A stretch of DNA of 63,469 nt, the filler included, from Octopus bimaculoides (taxonomy: Eukaryota): NCBI RefSeq assembly GCF_001194135.2. It is 7 parts of 6 records of this genome, joined end to end, with 100 filler letters (N's around TTAATTAATTAA, not from the genome) between each part and the next. Parts side by side here need not be neighbours in the genome. Positions count along the whole stretch, not along the records: positions 30,442 to 47,107 come from NC_068997.1; positions 47,208 to 53,395 come from NC_068983.1; 5 more parts are not named here. The stretch is one strand, 5' to 3'. The notes under the pieces are model-generated. The model searched no databases and was not told the origin of the DNA. It saw only the letters and a program-made list of their open reading frames with translations. This document shows positions 37,621-50,410 of this stretch, piece after piece (the stretch's first letter is position 1; each line of letters opens with the position of its first letter). The translations under genes and the position numbers were made by a program.

Positions 37621-38821
37621 GCCTGAGGTTATGGTAGAAGACAACTGCCCAAGGTGCTTTGCAGTGGGACTGAATCTGATCTTTGACATCCATAAAAGAT
37701 GTGCACTATCAAATGTATCTGGGAAGATCAATTCATACCATACTCATATTTTTCCTTATATATAACTTGCTGTTTTCAAAATAATTGTTCAATAATAAAA
37801 ACACAAACATATACACCCATTTCCATCATGTATTTTGTTCTCATGCTATGATGTTACTTTCCCGATGAGTGGTCTGTTTATTGGAGCATGTTGTATGTTG
37901 TATAGACGTTAGACCTACATATACCATTACTGTATACTATATATACTGTTCTTTTGTTCTGTTTCTCAATAGCAGCTGTGCCAGGACACAGCTTTTGACA
38001 TCTTTAGGTAATTGTATCGACCCAAATGCTTTCTTCAGTACAGTATTTATTTTATCAATCTTTGTTAAGTGCAGGCATGGCTGTATATTTAAAAAGCTTG
38101 ATTCCTAACTGCATAGTTTCAGGTTCATTCACATTGCATGGCACTTTGAGCAAGTATTTTCTACAATAACCCCAGGCTAACCAAAGTCGTGTGAGTGGAT
38201 TTGATAGATAGAAACTGAAATAAACCCATCATCATCATCATTCTCATCATCATCATCATCATCATCATCACCTTTAAGTTGCTAGATTGTCAAATAGATT
38301 GTTTCACAGTATTCATTCTGAACCCTCTGCATTCCGAGTTCAGATCTTAACATTATCAACTTTGCTGTGCACACATTGAAGATCAATAAGGAAGCACCAA
38401 TTCCAGTGAGGTAGATTGGTAGCATTGTTACAACATCATACGAGATTCTTTGCAGTATCTCTTCTGGCCATTTTTGTTCTGATAGCAATGTCTGTGTTGG
38501 CACAGTGCCAAGCCGTATTGGCCCCAAAGAAGGTGGCTTTTACTTCCTTGGACAACATCACTGACATTGGGAAGGGGAGATTTATATGCATAGACATCTG
38601 CTGATCTTGCACACATCCCCCCCACCAAATGTATCTTAACCAGGTTAGTGCATATTAATGCAGATACATGAACAAGCTTGAGCAATGAAGGTCAAGTTAA
38701 TCACTGAAATCAGAGAATTAGAAGAGAATCACCCATACAAGTAGCCAGGAATTGATTGCATGTAGAAATGAAGGTGATAATATTATAAACTGAATATGTG
38801 TGTGTGTGTGTGTGTGTGTGT

Positions 38822-39298
38822 ATGGGCGTGGCTGTGTGGTAAGAGGTTTACCTCCCAACTATTTGGTTCCAGGTTTACAATCCCACTGCATGGCATTTTA
38901 GGCAAATGTCTTCTACTACAGCCTTGGGCCAACCAAACCCTTGTGAGTGGATTTGGTAGCTAGAAACTGAAAGAATCCCATCATGTGTGTGTGTTTGTGT
39001 GTGTGCAGGTGTGTATCTATGTGTGTGTGTGTGTGTCTCTGTGTCTGTGTTTGTCCCCACCACCAATGCTTGAAAACCGGTGGTGGTGTGTTTACAACCC
39101 TGTAACTTAGCAGATCAGCAAAAAGGATCAGTAGAATAAGAACTTGGCTTCAAAAAATTTTAAAAAACAAAAAAAAACAAACAAAAAATAAAAATAAAAA
39201 CGATTAGTCCTTGAGTTGATTTGTTCAACTAAAACATTTCAAGGCGATGCCCCAGCATGGCCACAGCTTAATGACTGAAATAAGCAAAAGATAAAGGA
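38822..39298 (+). mobile_element. SINE family A, full-length (CpG-decayed)
   Basis: gggcgtggctgtgtggtaagagg...ccagcatggccacagcttaatgactgaaataag. Confidence 0.9.
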
Positions 39299-40499
39299 CG
39301 AAAAATATTAGTAATTTTTATTTTCAGTTATAATAAAAACAATTTTACATTAATCTGGTGGGTCACTCAGTACTTTAGTAGAGTACAAATTTACTATTCT
39401 TATACAAGAATGCTGTTGAGAGTGACCTTGAAGTTTCGGCCATGCTAAGCCATCATCTGACAATGGCTTAGCTGGACAAAAGCCATGTGCCTCAGTGGAC
39501 TTTTCTAAAGATTCTTTNNNNNNNNNNGGGGGGGGGGAAGTTGTCTGGTGAATATTCCATCAATGCATGATATGAAGATGAAATTAGCAGACAAATTGTT
39601 CAAGAACACCAAGGTTCATATGAAATGAGTGTAAATGTCCTAACAGACACAAGAATGATTCAAAAATGAAATGGAGATATAAAGTAGAATCCCCTTTCTA
39701 TAACAATGGAACAGTCCAAACTGTGAGACACCAACTGGCTTTTCCTATTATTGAATTCTCCTTGTTTGAATGATTGAGAAATAGTACAAAGAATTCTGTT
39801 ATTCTTTTGCTCTTTTATTAGTTTCAGCTTGGAGATGGTGACCATGCTGGAGTACTGCCTATGAGTGTACAGAATTGTGTAAAATTGAGGAAAGATTTAT
39901 TATAGGTGTGAATTAATAACATAATAAGTTGGTAGTGATGTAAATCAAAAAGCCTAGACAGGAAAACAAGATAACCAGTCACTGCATAGTGAATTCATCT
40001 TTCTAAAGATTTATATAAAAAGGATATACTTATCTTATATACAATGGAAAAAAAAATCTGATACAAATCAAGAACTATTACAAAAAAGCAATAGTGTATC
40101 TAACAAAAAATAGAACACTAAGAAGCAAGCAAAGAGAGAAGGAGAGAGACTGTTGAATCTGTAGTTTATAACAGATGACAATGAAATCTTTGTTTATACA
40201 TGTGTATATGTGTGCCTCTGTGTATGTGTGTATGTATGTATGTATGTATGTATGTATGTATATGAAGAAAACTTAAAGTACAACAAACTAGAAGCTTATT
40301 ACACAAAGAAAAGCATTCAGAGAAAGACAAAACTGGAAAGAGAAAAGAGCAGAACAAAAGACAAAATGAAAACTAAGTTAAAAAAAAAAAATAATAATAA
40401 TGATATTAAAGCAAAAAATACAAAGTAAAACCTTTTCATCCCCAATCTTTTTCAAGACTTTACAAAGAGGAAGTGAATTAATATGAAAGTTAACAATGG

Positions 40500-40770
40500 C
40501 TCAAAATCTCAGGACTAAAGATTGAAATGGAAGGCTGGACAGAATTAATGCCCAGCCATAAATAACTATGTAAGTAATATAACGAAAGAAGAGACTAAAA
40601 TCAACTGCATGTTATGCAATGAATACAAAGAAACAATTGATTACATCATTTCTGGCTGTCCAGCGTTTGTAAAGACATAGTATTATCAACAAAGTATGAC
40701 CAAGTTAGAAGCTGTATCCACTGGGCAAGGCAATATAACAATGTTTCGACATCAAATCTGATAATAAATG
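40500..40770 (+). mobile_element. R4/Dong-like LINE zinc-knuckle fragment
   Basis: KINCMLCNEYKETIDYIISGCPAFVKT*...YDQVRSCIHW. Confidence 0.7.
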
Positions 40771-41459
40771 GTATGCACACACACACACACACACACACAG
40801 AGGTACTTTTCTTGTGTCTGAGACAGTTACAATATTACATCCTTGGCCAACTACATATGGCATTTTAAAGAAGAGAGAACGTTATACAGGATTAAATGGA
40901 AGCTCCTGGAACAGTCTGGATCATATCTCAATGGGAACAGATGATGGAAACTTTGCTTAGCTGAGAGGGCAAGGATCTTTAAACTCCAAAATTGAGATGT
41001 TTAGCCAGTACCTTCATAAGAGAAAATTCGTGTTGAAGACAGAATTCACTGCTTATTGACTAGTGAACAGAAATCGTACATAAACTGACCCTTTTCAGAC
41101 ACAACCAGAACTGTTCAAATGGAGATAACTCACTTTTGCTTTGAAATATTTCATTTCAGGCGTTTTTTCAAAACCTTCCTGACCTCCATTGGTGAAGCAC
41201 TTGTCTCAGATCCAAAAAGAGGATCTGTAGAAACACTGCCAGATCAGATTGGAGCCTGGTGCAGCCACTGGCTCTCCAGACCTCAGTCAAACCGTCCAAC
41301 CCATGCCAGCATGGAAAACGGACGTTAAACGGTAATGAGGATGATGATATGCATACATAGTTGAAATTCATAGAAAAACAAAAGATGAAGACAGGTGCAT
41401 GAATAACAAGCAAGTGTATTAGTTTGACGCTTGGGAAAATGGAAAAGTCTGCAGTAAGA

Positions 41460-41825
41460 AGGTTCAATCCCACTGTGTAGCCCCTGAGTGAGAATCTTCT
41501 TCTATAGCCTCAGGCTGACCAAAGCCTTATGAGTGGATTTGGTGGACAAAAACTGAAAGAAGCCAGTCACATATGTGTGTGCTTGTGCATGGGGGTATCT
41601 TTGTGTCTGTTTGTCCCCCCACCACTACCACTTGACAACTGATATTGGCATGCTTACATCCCTGTAATTTAGCAGTTTGGCAAAAGAGACTGATAGAATA
41701 AGTACCAGACTTTAAAAAAAAACCCCAGAAAATAAGTACTGGGGTCGATTAGTTTGATTAAAACTCCTCAAGACAGTGCCCCAGCATGGACGCAGTCTAG
41801 TGACTGAAACAACATAAAAGATTAA
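41460..41825 (+). mobile_element. SINE family A
   Basis: ggttcaatcccactg...gctgaccaaagccttatgagtggatttgg...ccagcatggacgcagtctagtgactgaaac. Confidence 0.85.
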
Positions 41826-42286
41826 AGATATGCATGTCATTGTATGCATATATCATTACTACCTTATATGTGGTGCCTCACAATAAAATGCACCTAGTAC
41901 ACTCTGTAAAATGTTAGGCATTAGGCAGAGCATCCCACTGGAGAAACTGTGCCAGCATGGAAGGCAGATATTAAAGTAACAATAACAAGGATGATATTGA
42001 TGATGGTGATATTCTATGGGTTTCTCTCAAAACTGGTAAAAAGGAACAAAATATGGCTCCTGTAGAATTTGAAAACAGCAATGTACGCTAATGTATCAGA
42101 TAATGCAAAGCCTCTAGTTTGATCTCTCACCATTCGAACTATATCTCTCCAATCAAATTACCTTAAAGAAAATCAATAAATGCTTTTTTAAACTGAAAGT
42201 TTACAAAAATAAAACTGATTACCTGCTGAAAGACAAACCTTCATCTTGTTTGTCTTTCAGATAGACGGCAACATAGTCTTGGAGTT

Positions 42287-42488
42287 ATGTTTTTGTGTCT
42301 ATGTGTGAGTGTGCATGGGTGTGCGTGTGTGTGTGTGCACTTCAATATCAACATATATGTATACGTGTTTGACTGTTGTTATATATTTTTCTGCATGCAT
42401 GTGTATGTGTACTTTTATGATTGTGTGAATCTGTATGTATGTACATTTGTTGTTCTTGTATTGATATTTGTGTGTTTGCATTTGTGTG

Positions 42489-42540
<52 letters not shown>

Positions 42541-43790
42541 TGAATATCTACGTATATGTATGTGTGTTCGCCTTGCATGTATGTGTGCACACTTTTATGA
42601 TTGGGTGAATCTGTGTGTGTGCATTTGTTGTTCTTGTATTGATGTGTGTGCTTGTATTTGTCTGGGTATGGTGTTTGTTGCACATGCATGCGTGTATTTA
42701 TGCAAGTGCTTGGATGTGTACACATATGTATGTATATTTGTCTGGTATTATGTATATTTGTATGTGAATAAGTGTACACTTGTATGACTGAATAAATGTA
42801 AGTAAAAGTGCAATTATTGCACTTGTATCTTTTTGTATGTGTGCGTGTGTGTGTGCGCGCTTGTGTGTGTGTATGTACTTGAACGTTTACATATAAATAT
42901 GTGTGTTTTTTTGCTATAGTGTATGCTTGTATGTGTGAGTGTGAGCACTTGTGTGACTGCATGAATGCATGTGTGTGCATGCGGACATGCGCGCATGTGT
43001 TTGTTGTGCTAATATATATGTGTGCTTTTGTATTTATGTATCAATGTATGTGCTTTAATGTATACATATAAGTGTGTGTATTTGTCAGTCATAGTATATG
43101 TTTGCATGTGTGCTCTTGTATGATTGCATGAATGTGTGTGTATACATATGTGTGTATTTGCCATGCTAATATTTGTTTGAGTGTGCTCAAATGGGTATAT
43201 ATATGTATGCGTTTGTCTTACTGTGTATGTTTTTGCATGTGAATGTCTGAGCATTTGTGTGATCATGTGAATGTGTATGTTTATCTGTTAATGTGTAAGA
43301 GTATATATGTGTGCTTCTATTTATGTATGTATGGTTTTTGTGCCTGTATTTGTATCAGCATATGCATGTTTGTTTTATCAGTGTGTATATGTGTTTGTAT
43401 GCCAGTGTGTCTATATAAATGAGTTCAAGTGTTTGTGTTTATTTGTTATTGTGTGTATCTGTGTATATACATGTGCTTCTATTTTTGTGTGTGTCTATGA
43501 CTGAGCTTGTATGACTGCATATATGCATGTGTGCATTCGTGTGTTATTGCATATTCATGTGGGTATGTGTGTTTGTATGTGTGTGTGTGAACAATGCATG
43601 TGCTTATATTTGTTTGTTATTGCATATGCATGTGCTGTGAGCTTGTTTTTATGTATGTGTACTTGTATGGCTGCATGCATACGTATATTTGTCTGTTATT
43701 GTGTCTGTATGCAGATATGTATTTGTATATCCGTATGGGTGTATTTAATCTCTAATTACAAATATTCAAGCAATACTCTAATGAAGGACA
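42287..43790. repeat. Long degenerate TG-rich simple/cryptic repeat tract
   Basis: About 1.5 kb of interrupted (TG)n/(TATG)n with internal duplicated blocks (about 42408-42485 vs 42590-42665). Confidence 0.85.
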
Positions 43791-43849
43791 CACATACACA
43801 ATGATAGGCAAACACACATACATATGAATACACATTCAAGCACACACAT

Positions 43850-43896
<47 letters not shown>

Positions 43897-45029
43897 GACA
43901 AATATGCATGGACACACACAAACACATCTTTAGCCTATTTAAAAAGGTTCTGCAATAGTTTGTGGCCAAAGAATCTCCACTCTTACATTTATTGTTATCA
44001 TCATTATCATTGTCATCACAATGTGTTTGTCATCATTGTCATCACTGCCATTACCACTGTCATCTTTGTCATCGTCATAATTGTCAACATCATCTTCTTC
44101 ATCCTCATCCTCATCATCATCCTTACCACCACCACCAATCACGACCGCCGCCACTCCCACCACCACAGTCTCTCCTGCTACCATGATCATTATCATCATC
44201 ATCAATGTGGCAACCTCCATGTGGTTGCTGGGCTTGCTAGAAATAACAGACGAATCTCCCTTAAACAACACCCTACTATCTTGAAAAAGAGGGTCTCTTT
44301 AGATAACGCAATTCCGGATTAGTAATGCAAAAGAGAAGGACAGGGTAGTCAAGACAAGAATATCTTTGATAATAAGTTTTCTCAATCACACTTGACCTTA
44401 TGTCTAGTCACCATCGTCACCACCATCACCACCACCACCACCACCATCATTATCCTTTAAAATGTCTGTCCCTCAAAGCTGTCATGTGTTGGTAATGTCT
44501 ACCATACTTCACAATTCCTTGCCCACCCCTTGTTTATCTTATCTTATCCTTTCACCTGATATTTGACTGATCCCATGATTTTTTCCTCCTGAACCTTCCA
44601 TTGTCAGCAAATGGCACATTTTTTTTTCTAACCAGCATTCTTCATCCGCACCTCATTACGACGTTGCCCTTCCTACACACATTGGCTGCTCATGCCTTCA
44701 AGTCTTTTGTGATCATATTTCTTGTGAAACACACAACTATGTTTTGCAATAAATTTTGAAAATAATTGAGAATTAGGAAGAATTTAGTAAAATAATTAAC
44801 TACATCATTATTAAGCTGGTGTTTACAACATAGCTTATCAAAGAGGCAGGACTGGATGAAGGTACTGGCAATTCAATTACTTGCTTGAAGCTCCTATAAG
44901 CTATGAAGCATTATATCATATGTTTGAGTTCTGAATAAAATTAAAAAAACAAAAAAAAACATAGAATAAAAACGTGAAAATAATAAATAAAAAACAAAAA
45001 ACAAAAGCTGAAAATTTTTTGAGTGGAGA

Positions 45030-45355
45030 CAAGATTATTTTAAAATGTTGCGTAGGTGACATTAACGGATGTGATTTCTCGCTTGAATTAGATAGTGCAA
45101 AAGAATTATTTCCTGGAGATGTAGAGCTTCCAATAGAAAATCATTAAATTCATCAACAAGTGTTAAGTTACAGGATGTCAAGCCAAATCTGTGGGTTGCG
45201 TTAAGAACGATGCTTGTAATATTAGAGAACTGTGGTTGTGGGAGAGAAAAGCTTTAATAAATTAAAGCTTATAAAGACACACTTACTGTCATGCATGACA
45301 AACAAGACAGATTAAATTCCTCGGTAATTTTGTCAGTAGAAAATGATATTGTGAA
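45030..45355 (+). mobile_element. hAT transposase C-terminal dimerisation fragment
   Basis: KPNLWVALRTMLV...KL**IKAYKDTLTVMHDKQDRLNSSVILSVENDIV, a decayed match to FPNL..ALRI.LT...ERSFSKLK.IK..LRSTM.Q.RLN.L..LSIE.DI. Confidence 0.65.
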
Positions 45356-45369
45356 AAAGATAGATACAT

Positions 45370-45745
45370 TGGCGCAGGCATGGCTGTGTGGTAAGAAGTT
45401 TGCTTCCCAGCCACATGGTTCCCGGTTCAGTCCCACTGTGTGGAACCTTGAGTAAGTGTCTTTTACTATAGCCCCATGCTGACCAAAGCCTTGTGAGTGG
45501 ATTTGATAGACATGTGTGTGTGTGTGTGTGTGTGTCAGTGTTTATCCTCCACCACCACTTGGCAACTGGTGTTGGTATGTTTACATCCCTATAACTTAGT
45601 GGTTCAGCAAACGAGACCATTAAAATATGTACTAGGCTTTAAAAATAAACTAGTATTGGGGTTGATTCATTTCAATAAAAAAATTTAAATTCTTCAAGGC
45701 AGTGCTCCAGCATGGCTGCAGTCTAATGACTGAAACAAGTAAAAG
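45370..45745 (+). mobile_element. SINE family A, full-length
   Basis: ggcgcaggcatggctgtgtggtaagaagtttgcttcccagccacatggttcccggttcagtcccactg...ccagcatggctgcagtctaatgactgaaacaag. Confidence 0.92.
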
Positions 45746-46159
45746 ATAAAAAAGAAAAAAAAGAGACTGAAGCTATTCTTACAAATGTCCATGTGGACTT
45801 ACATTCATAAATCATTCCCCATTTTTCACTCAGAATTTGTTTCTAACAAAAATATGTCGAGTTGTGATCATTTTTAATAATGCATATAGCAATATGGCTT
45901 CTCTCTCTCCAAACTCTCTCTATCTTTTCATCTGTCTATCTATTTATCTAACTATTTATCTACCCATCCATCTATCTGTCTGTTTCTCACCTAGTTACCA
46001 TATTTCCCAGCATAAAAGTCAACATAGAATATAGTGTTAACATTGTGAAAACATTCAATCATCATTGCAATCTGCTCAAATCCTGTGGCATTTCAGATGG
46101 AATTTTCCCTTCTCCAAAGTCATCTTGATGCTAAAGCCGACCTACTTTTTTTTTTTTTG

Positions 46160-46384
46160 GCTGTACATTTTGGTCTGTTTCAGTCATTGCACTGTAGTCA
46201 TGCTGGAGCACCACTTTGAAGGGTTTAGTCAAATGCATCAACCCCACCCCCATGCTTATCTTTTAGTCTGGTAGTTATCCTGTCAGTCTTTTGTGCTGAA
46301 CTGCTAAGTTATGAAGATATAAACAAATCAACATCATTGTCAAGCGGTGGAACCAAGGGACAAAGACAGACACAAAGATATACA

Positions 46385-46419
<35 letters not shown>

Positions 46420-46595
46420 TATGTATATATATATATTTATGATGGTCTTCCACAGTTTCCATCTACCAAATTCACTCATAAGGCATTGGTCAGCCCAAAG
46501 TTATAGTAGAAGATACTTCCCCAAGGTGCCACAGAATGGGACTGAACCCAAAACTACATGGTTGCAAAGCAAGTTTCTTAACTGCATAGCCATAT
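46160..46595 (-). mobile_element. SINE family A, full-length
   Basis: Reverse-complement copy: cagtcattgcactgtagtcatgctggagcacc...ggactgaacccaaaactacatgg. Confidence 0.9.
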
Positions 46596-46627
46596 TTATG
46601 TCTGTATATGTATATCATGTGATATAT

Positions 46628-46790
46628 CAGGTGTGGCTGTGTGGTAAGTAGCTTGCTTACCAACCACATGGTTCCGGGTTCAGTCCCATTGCGTGGCACC
46701 TTGGGTAAGTGTCTTCTACTATAGCCTTGGGCCGACCAAAATCTTGTGAGTGGATTTGGTAGAGGGAAAATTAAAGAAGCCTGGCGTATA
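46628..46790 (+). mobile_element. SINE family A, 5' half
   Basis: ggtgtggctgtgtggtaagtagcttgcttaccaaccacatggttccgggttcagtcccattgcgtggcaccttggg. Confidence 0.9.
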
Positions 46791-46819
46791 TATGCATATC
46801 TATACATATACATATATAT

Positions 46820-47107
46820 GTATATCATCATCATCATCATCGTTTAACGTCCGCTTTCCATGCTAGCATGGGTTGGACGATTTGACTGAGGACTGGTGCA
46901 ACCGGATGGCTACACCAGGCTCCAATCTAATTTGGCAGAGTTTCTACAGCTGGATGCCCTTCCTAATGCCAACCACTCAGAGAGTGTAGTGGGTGCTTTT
47001 ACGTGTCACCCGCACGAAAACGGCCACACTCGAAATGGTGTCTTTTATGTGCCACCCGCACAAGAGCCAGTCAAGGGGCACTGGCAACGATCTCACTCGA
47101 AAACCCT
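46820..47107 (-). mobile_element. RTE-related short element (family C)
   Basis: (cat)n-cgtttaacgtccgctttccatgctagcatggg...gatgcccttcctaatgccaaccactcagagagtgtagtgggtgctttt. Confidence 0.85.
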
Positions 47108-47634
47108 NNNNNNNNNNNNNNNNNNNNNNNNNNNNNNNNNNNNNNNNNNNNTTAATTAATTAANNNNNNNNNNNNNNNNNNNNNNNNNNNNNNNNNNNNN
47201 NNNNNNNGGGAGGGCGGGTGCACCAAACCCGCGCGAAGCAAGGAGTTAATCGAAATGGGGAGGAGAAGAGATATAGAGAGGGAGTGGGATCGAGATAGAC
47301 ATAGTGAAATAGATATCGAGACAGATTAAAACAGAGAGGGTTATGCCAAAGCACGAGGTATTTTAGGGATTTCTATCGCCTGGACACAGTAAATATTGAA
47401 TGGTAGAAATTCGGCCAGCTAACTCTAAGATAGAGTCATAGCGTTAAGTGACTATGTGAGAAAATACAACTGAAAACATGACACTTGAATTTGGTGACAT
47501 TGTTTTGGACAACAGAAATAAGCAATGTGTAAGGTATTTAAAGATCAGGGCACAAATAAATAGAAAGTAAAAACATGGCTAGAAGACAGAGAAAGACTTA
47601 TATGATCATCCTTTTATGGTCGTATTAAATCGGC

Positions 47635-47747
<113 letters not shown>

Positions 47748-48173
47748 TGTGTGCAGATCTATACTATGGTATGGAAGCAGTAAACTCTGTTGTGAATAAA
47801 TACAATGCTATTACTAGTTCGAATATGCCAGTGGCACTTTTGAACTCATAGACAACCCATTCACTGTATTTTGTGAAGGAGAAAATTTCTCAGTTGATAA
47901 ATGGTGTAAATACACCTAAATCAGCTCACAGCACCACCTATCCAGATTGTGAGATGCGTTTCAGAATGGTTATTTCCACTTCAGTCAGAAACCAGACAGT
48001 GGTGCTGCAAGCTGATAGGAGAGACAATCTCTCTTATGTTATTGCAGTCATTGTATTAATGACAATTTTTATTCCATTCTTGATGACAACTGCCCAATGA
48101 TCGGGAACATTGAACTCTGAGTAGTAGTTTTTGTATGATAATTTTGTGATATTTTTGCAGCTTTAATAATATA

Positions 48174-48256
<83 letters not shown>

Positions 48257-48671
48257 TCACAAAAAAAAACAAAAGATGAAGACATATTAGTATAATGCTC
48301 AGGAATTGAAAAAGTCTTTAATGTTTCAAGCCTACGCTCTTCCACAGAAAGGAACACAGAAAGAAACAAGGAGAGAAAAAAAAATGTGTGTAGTGGCTAG
48401 TGATCTATCATGGTAAATGTCGAACAGAAGGGTCACACAGGAGAGCTAAGAAGAAGGGGAGATAACAAAGTAGTAGTGATCCCAAAACGAAGGTCCACAT
48501 GTGTGTAAGAGAGTATGTGCAAGTGAAAGAGGGCTGGTAATCTTGACGTGTACATGTGTGTATGTGTGTGTAGGTGTGAAAATGTGGGGATGGGAATTGG
48601 TCAGTGCTGATGTGTGTGTGGTGGTGTGTTACACACACACACACACAAACACACATATATATATATATATT

Positions 48672-49095
48672 TTATAATTATATACATAATTATAACAAGG
48701 GCTTGGCTTGCACCTCACCATGCACTGAAAAACTAGACGTCAAAAGACACTACTACTACCATAAGTTCTCCGAGAATAACACACCGCATAATAGGCTAGC
48801 AAAAGAAAGAAAATTAATTAAAACTTTCGGTTAACCATGTACAAGATCCTGTTTCCAGCTTAAAGTGAAAAAAATTACTTATTGCTTCCATCAGAGCCGG
48901 TATTCGATAGAATAAATTCACATGCATCCAATACCGGTGCTGATGAAGGCAATAGGTAATATTTTGCTAGCCTATTATGTAGTATGTTATTCTTGGAGAA
49001 TTTATGGTGGTAATAGTGTCTTTTGATGTCTGTTTTTTTCAGTACATAGTGAGGTGCAAGCCAAGCCCTTGTTATAATTATTTGTATAATTATAA
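48672..49095. mobile_element. Foldback/MITE with about 130-bp terminal arms and an inner inverted repeat
   Basis: ataattataacaagggcttggcttgcacctcac...gcataataggctagcaaaa mirrored at about 48960-49095. Inner attacttattgcttccatcagagccggtatt / aataccggtgctgatgaaggcaataggtaat. Confidence 0.85.
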
Positions 49096-49189
49096 AACAT
49101 TTGTAAAATTTACCTATGAGGTTTTCATTTCCGTGCTGACCACCTAGTGAAAATCATCAATGATTTTTACCCTTTATTACTATATATAT

Positions 49190-49844
49190 ATAGCAGCTAA
49201 GCCCAGTGTCACCCTGTCTGTTTGGATGGTGTGGCTGTGATCGTTTTCAGTTAGGCATAATCTATAACAGTGTTTCTGAACCTTATCATTTTGGGTCCTA
49301 TTTCGATTGGAGCTTCCAGCTGTATGAAAATTTTGTGACTCGCCCCACCCCCTTGTCAGAAAACAGCTTCAGGAGTTGTGAAGAACAAATTTGTGTGTAA
49401 TCTGTTTCTGAGAGCTATTCTATTGGACCTCTGTCTAATCATTAAAACGTTGGGCAATCTTTCGATATGGGAACACACTTACAAACCACTTATAAACCAC
49501 GTGTGTTTATTTACATTTTTGAAGATGATTGATGGTTTCCATACAAAAATTTTTTTTTTGTTAATATGGGGTTGGGGGGAAAGGGGACCTTTTGAAGTCA
49601 GCGTGAAAGCGAAAGAGACAGAGAGAGCGTGATTGTATGAGTAAATTAATTAGAAGTTGGCGTAAAGTGGAAGAATTGATGTGCGTGTGTGTGTGCTTGT
49701 GTATGTGTGTGCTTGTGTGTGTGTGTGTGTGTGAATGTGTGTGTGTTTCATGGGGTGTGCGAGACAATGTGTGGTGTGTACGTGAATTGCTTTTGTCAGT
49801 GTGTGTGAAGAGACAGAGAGAGTAATGTTGCTGGTGTATGTGTA

Positions 49845-49877
<33 letters not shown>

Positions 49878-50170
49878 TAACTGAAACTTTTTATTCACAG
49901 AGAAAAAGCGAGAGAGAGAGAGAGAGAGAGAGGTTATGTATGTATGTATGAAAGGCTTCAGTGACACACACACACACGCATGCAGGTTGTTATGTATGCA
50001 TGTACACATAGATGTATGTATCTATGTATGGCCAAGAGAAAGTTAACTGAAATTCTTTTATTCACTTTTTGTAGTGAGTGAATGTGTGAGTGACTGACAG
50101 AGAAAAGGAGAGAGAGGTTATGTATGTATGTATGTATGTATGTATGTATGTATGTATGTATGAATGGCTT
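49190..50170 (-). mobile_element. Probable non-autonomous Helitron with internal microsatellites and a duplicated terminus
   Basis: Begins tatatagcagctaagcccag (resembles a reversed Helitron 3' end). Ends in two copies of (ga)n-ataactgaaa..ttttattcac...gagaggttatgtatgtatg. Confidence 0.4.
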
Positions 50171-50410
50171 TGGCTGACTGTCATCCTGTACTCCCCTTGT
50201 TGCTAGTGAAATGGTATTTGCCGGCTGTGTGAGCAACTGGTTGTTTTAATGACAGAACAAACAGGGGAATTCCATTAGAAAAAGTTTTAATCGAATTTCT
50301 AGGTAACTATGGGGGCTAGGAAATGAATACAAACCACATTCCAATCTATGCACCCATCTCCACACGTGTGCCATTTTTCATGCGAATCCACCCAAGAAAA
50401 TATATATATA

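Noticed and set aside
42287-43804. Cys/Val- and His/Thr-rich ORFs resembling metallothionein or keratin-associated proteins
   Set aside because: Translations of (TG)n/(CA)n; same for 31948-32412, 49561-50236 and 59939-60422
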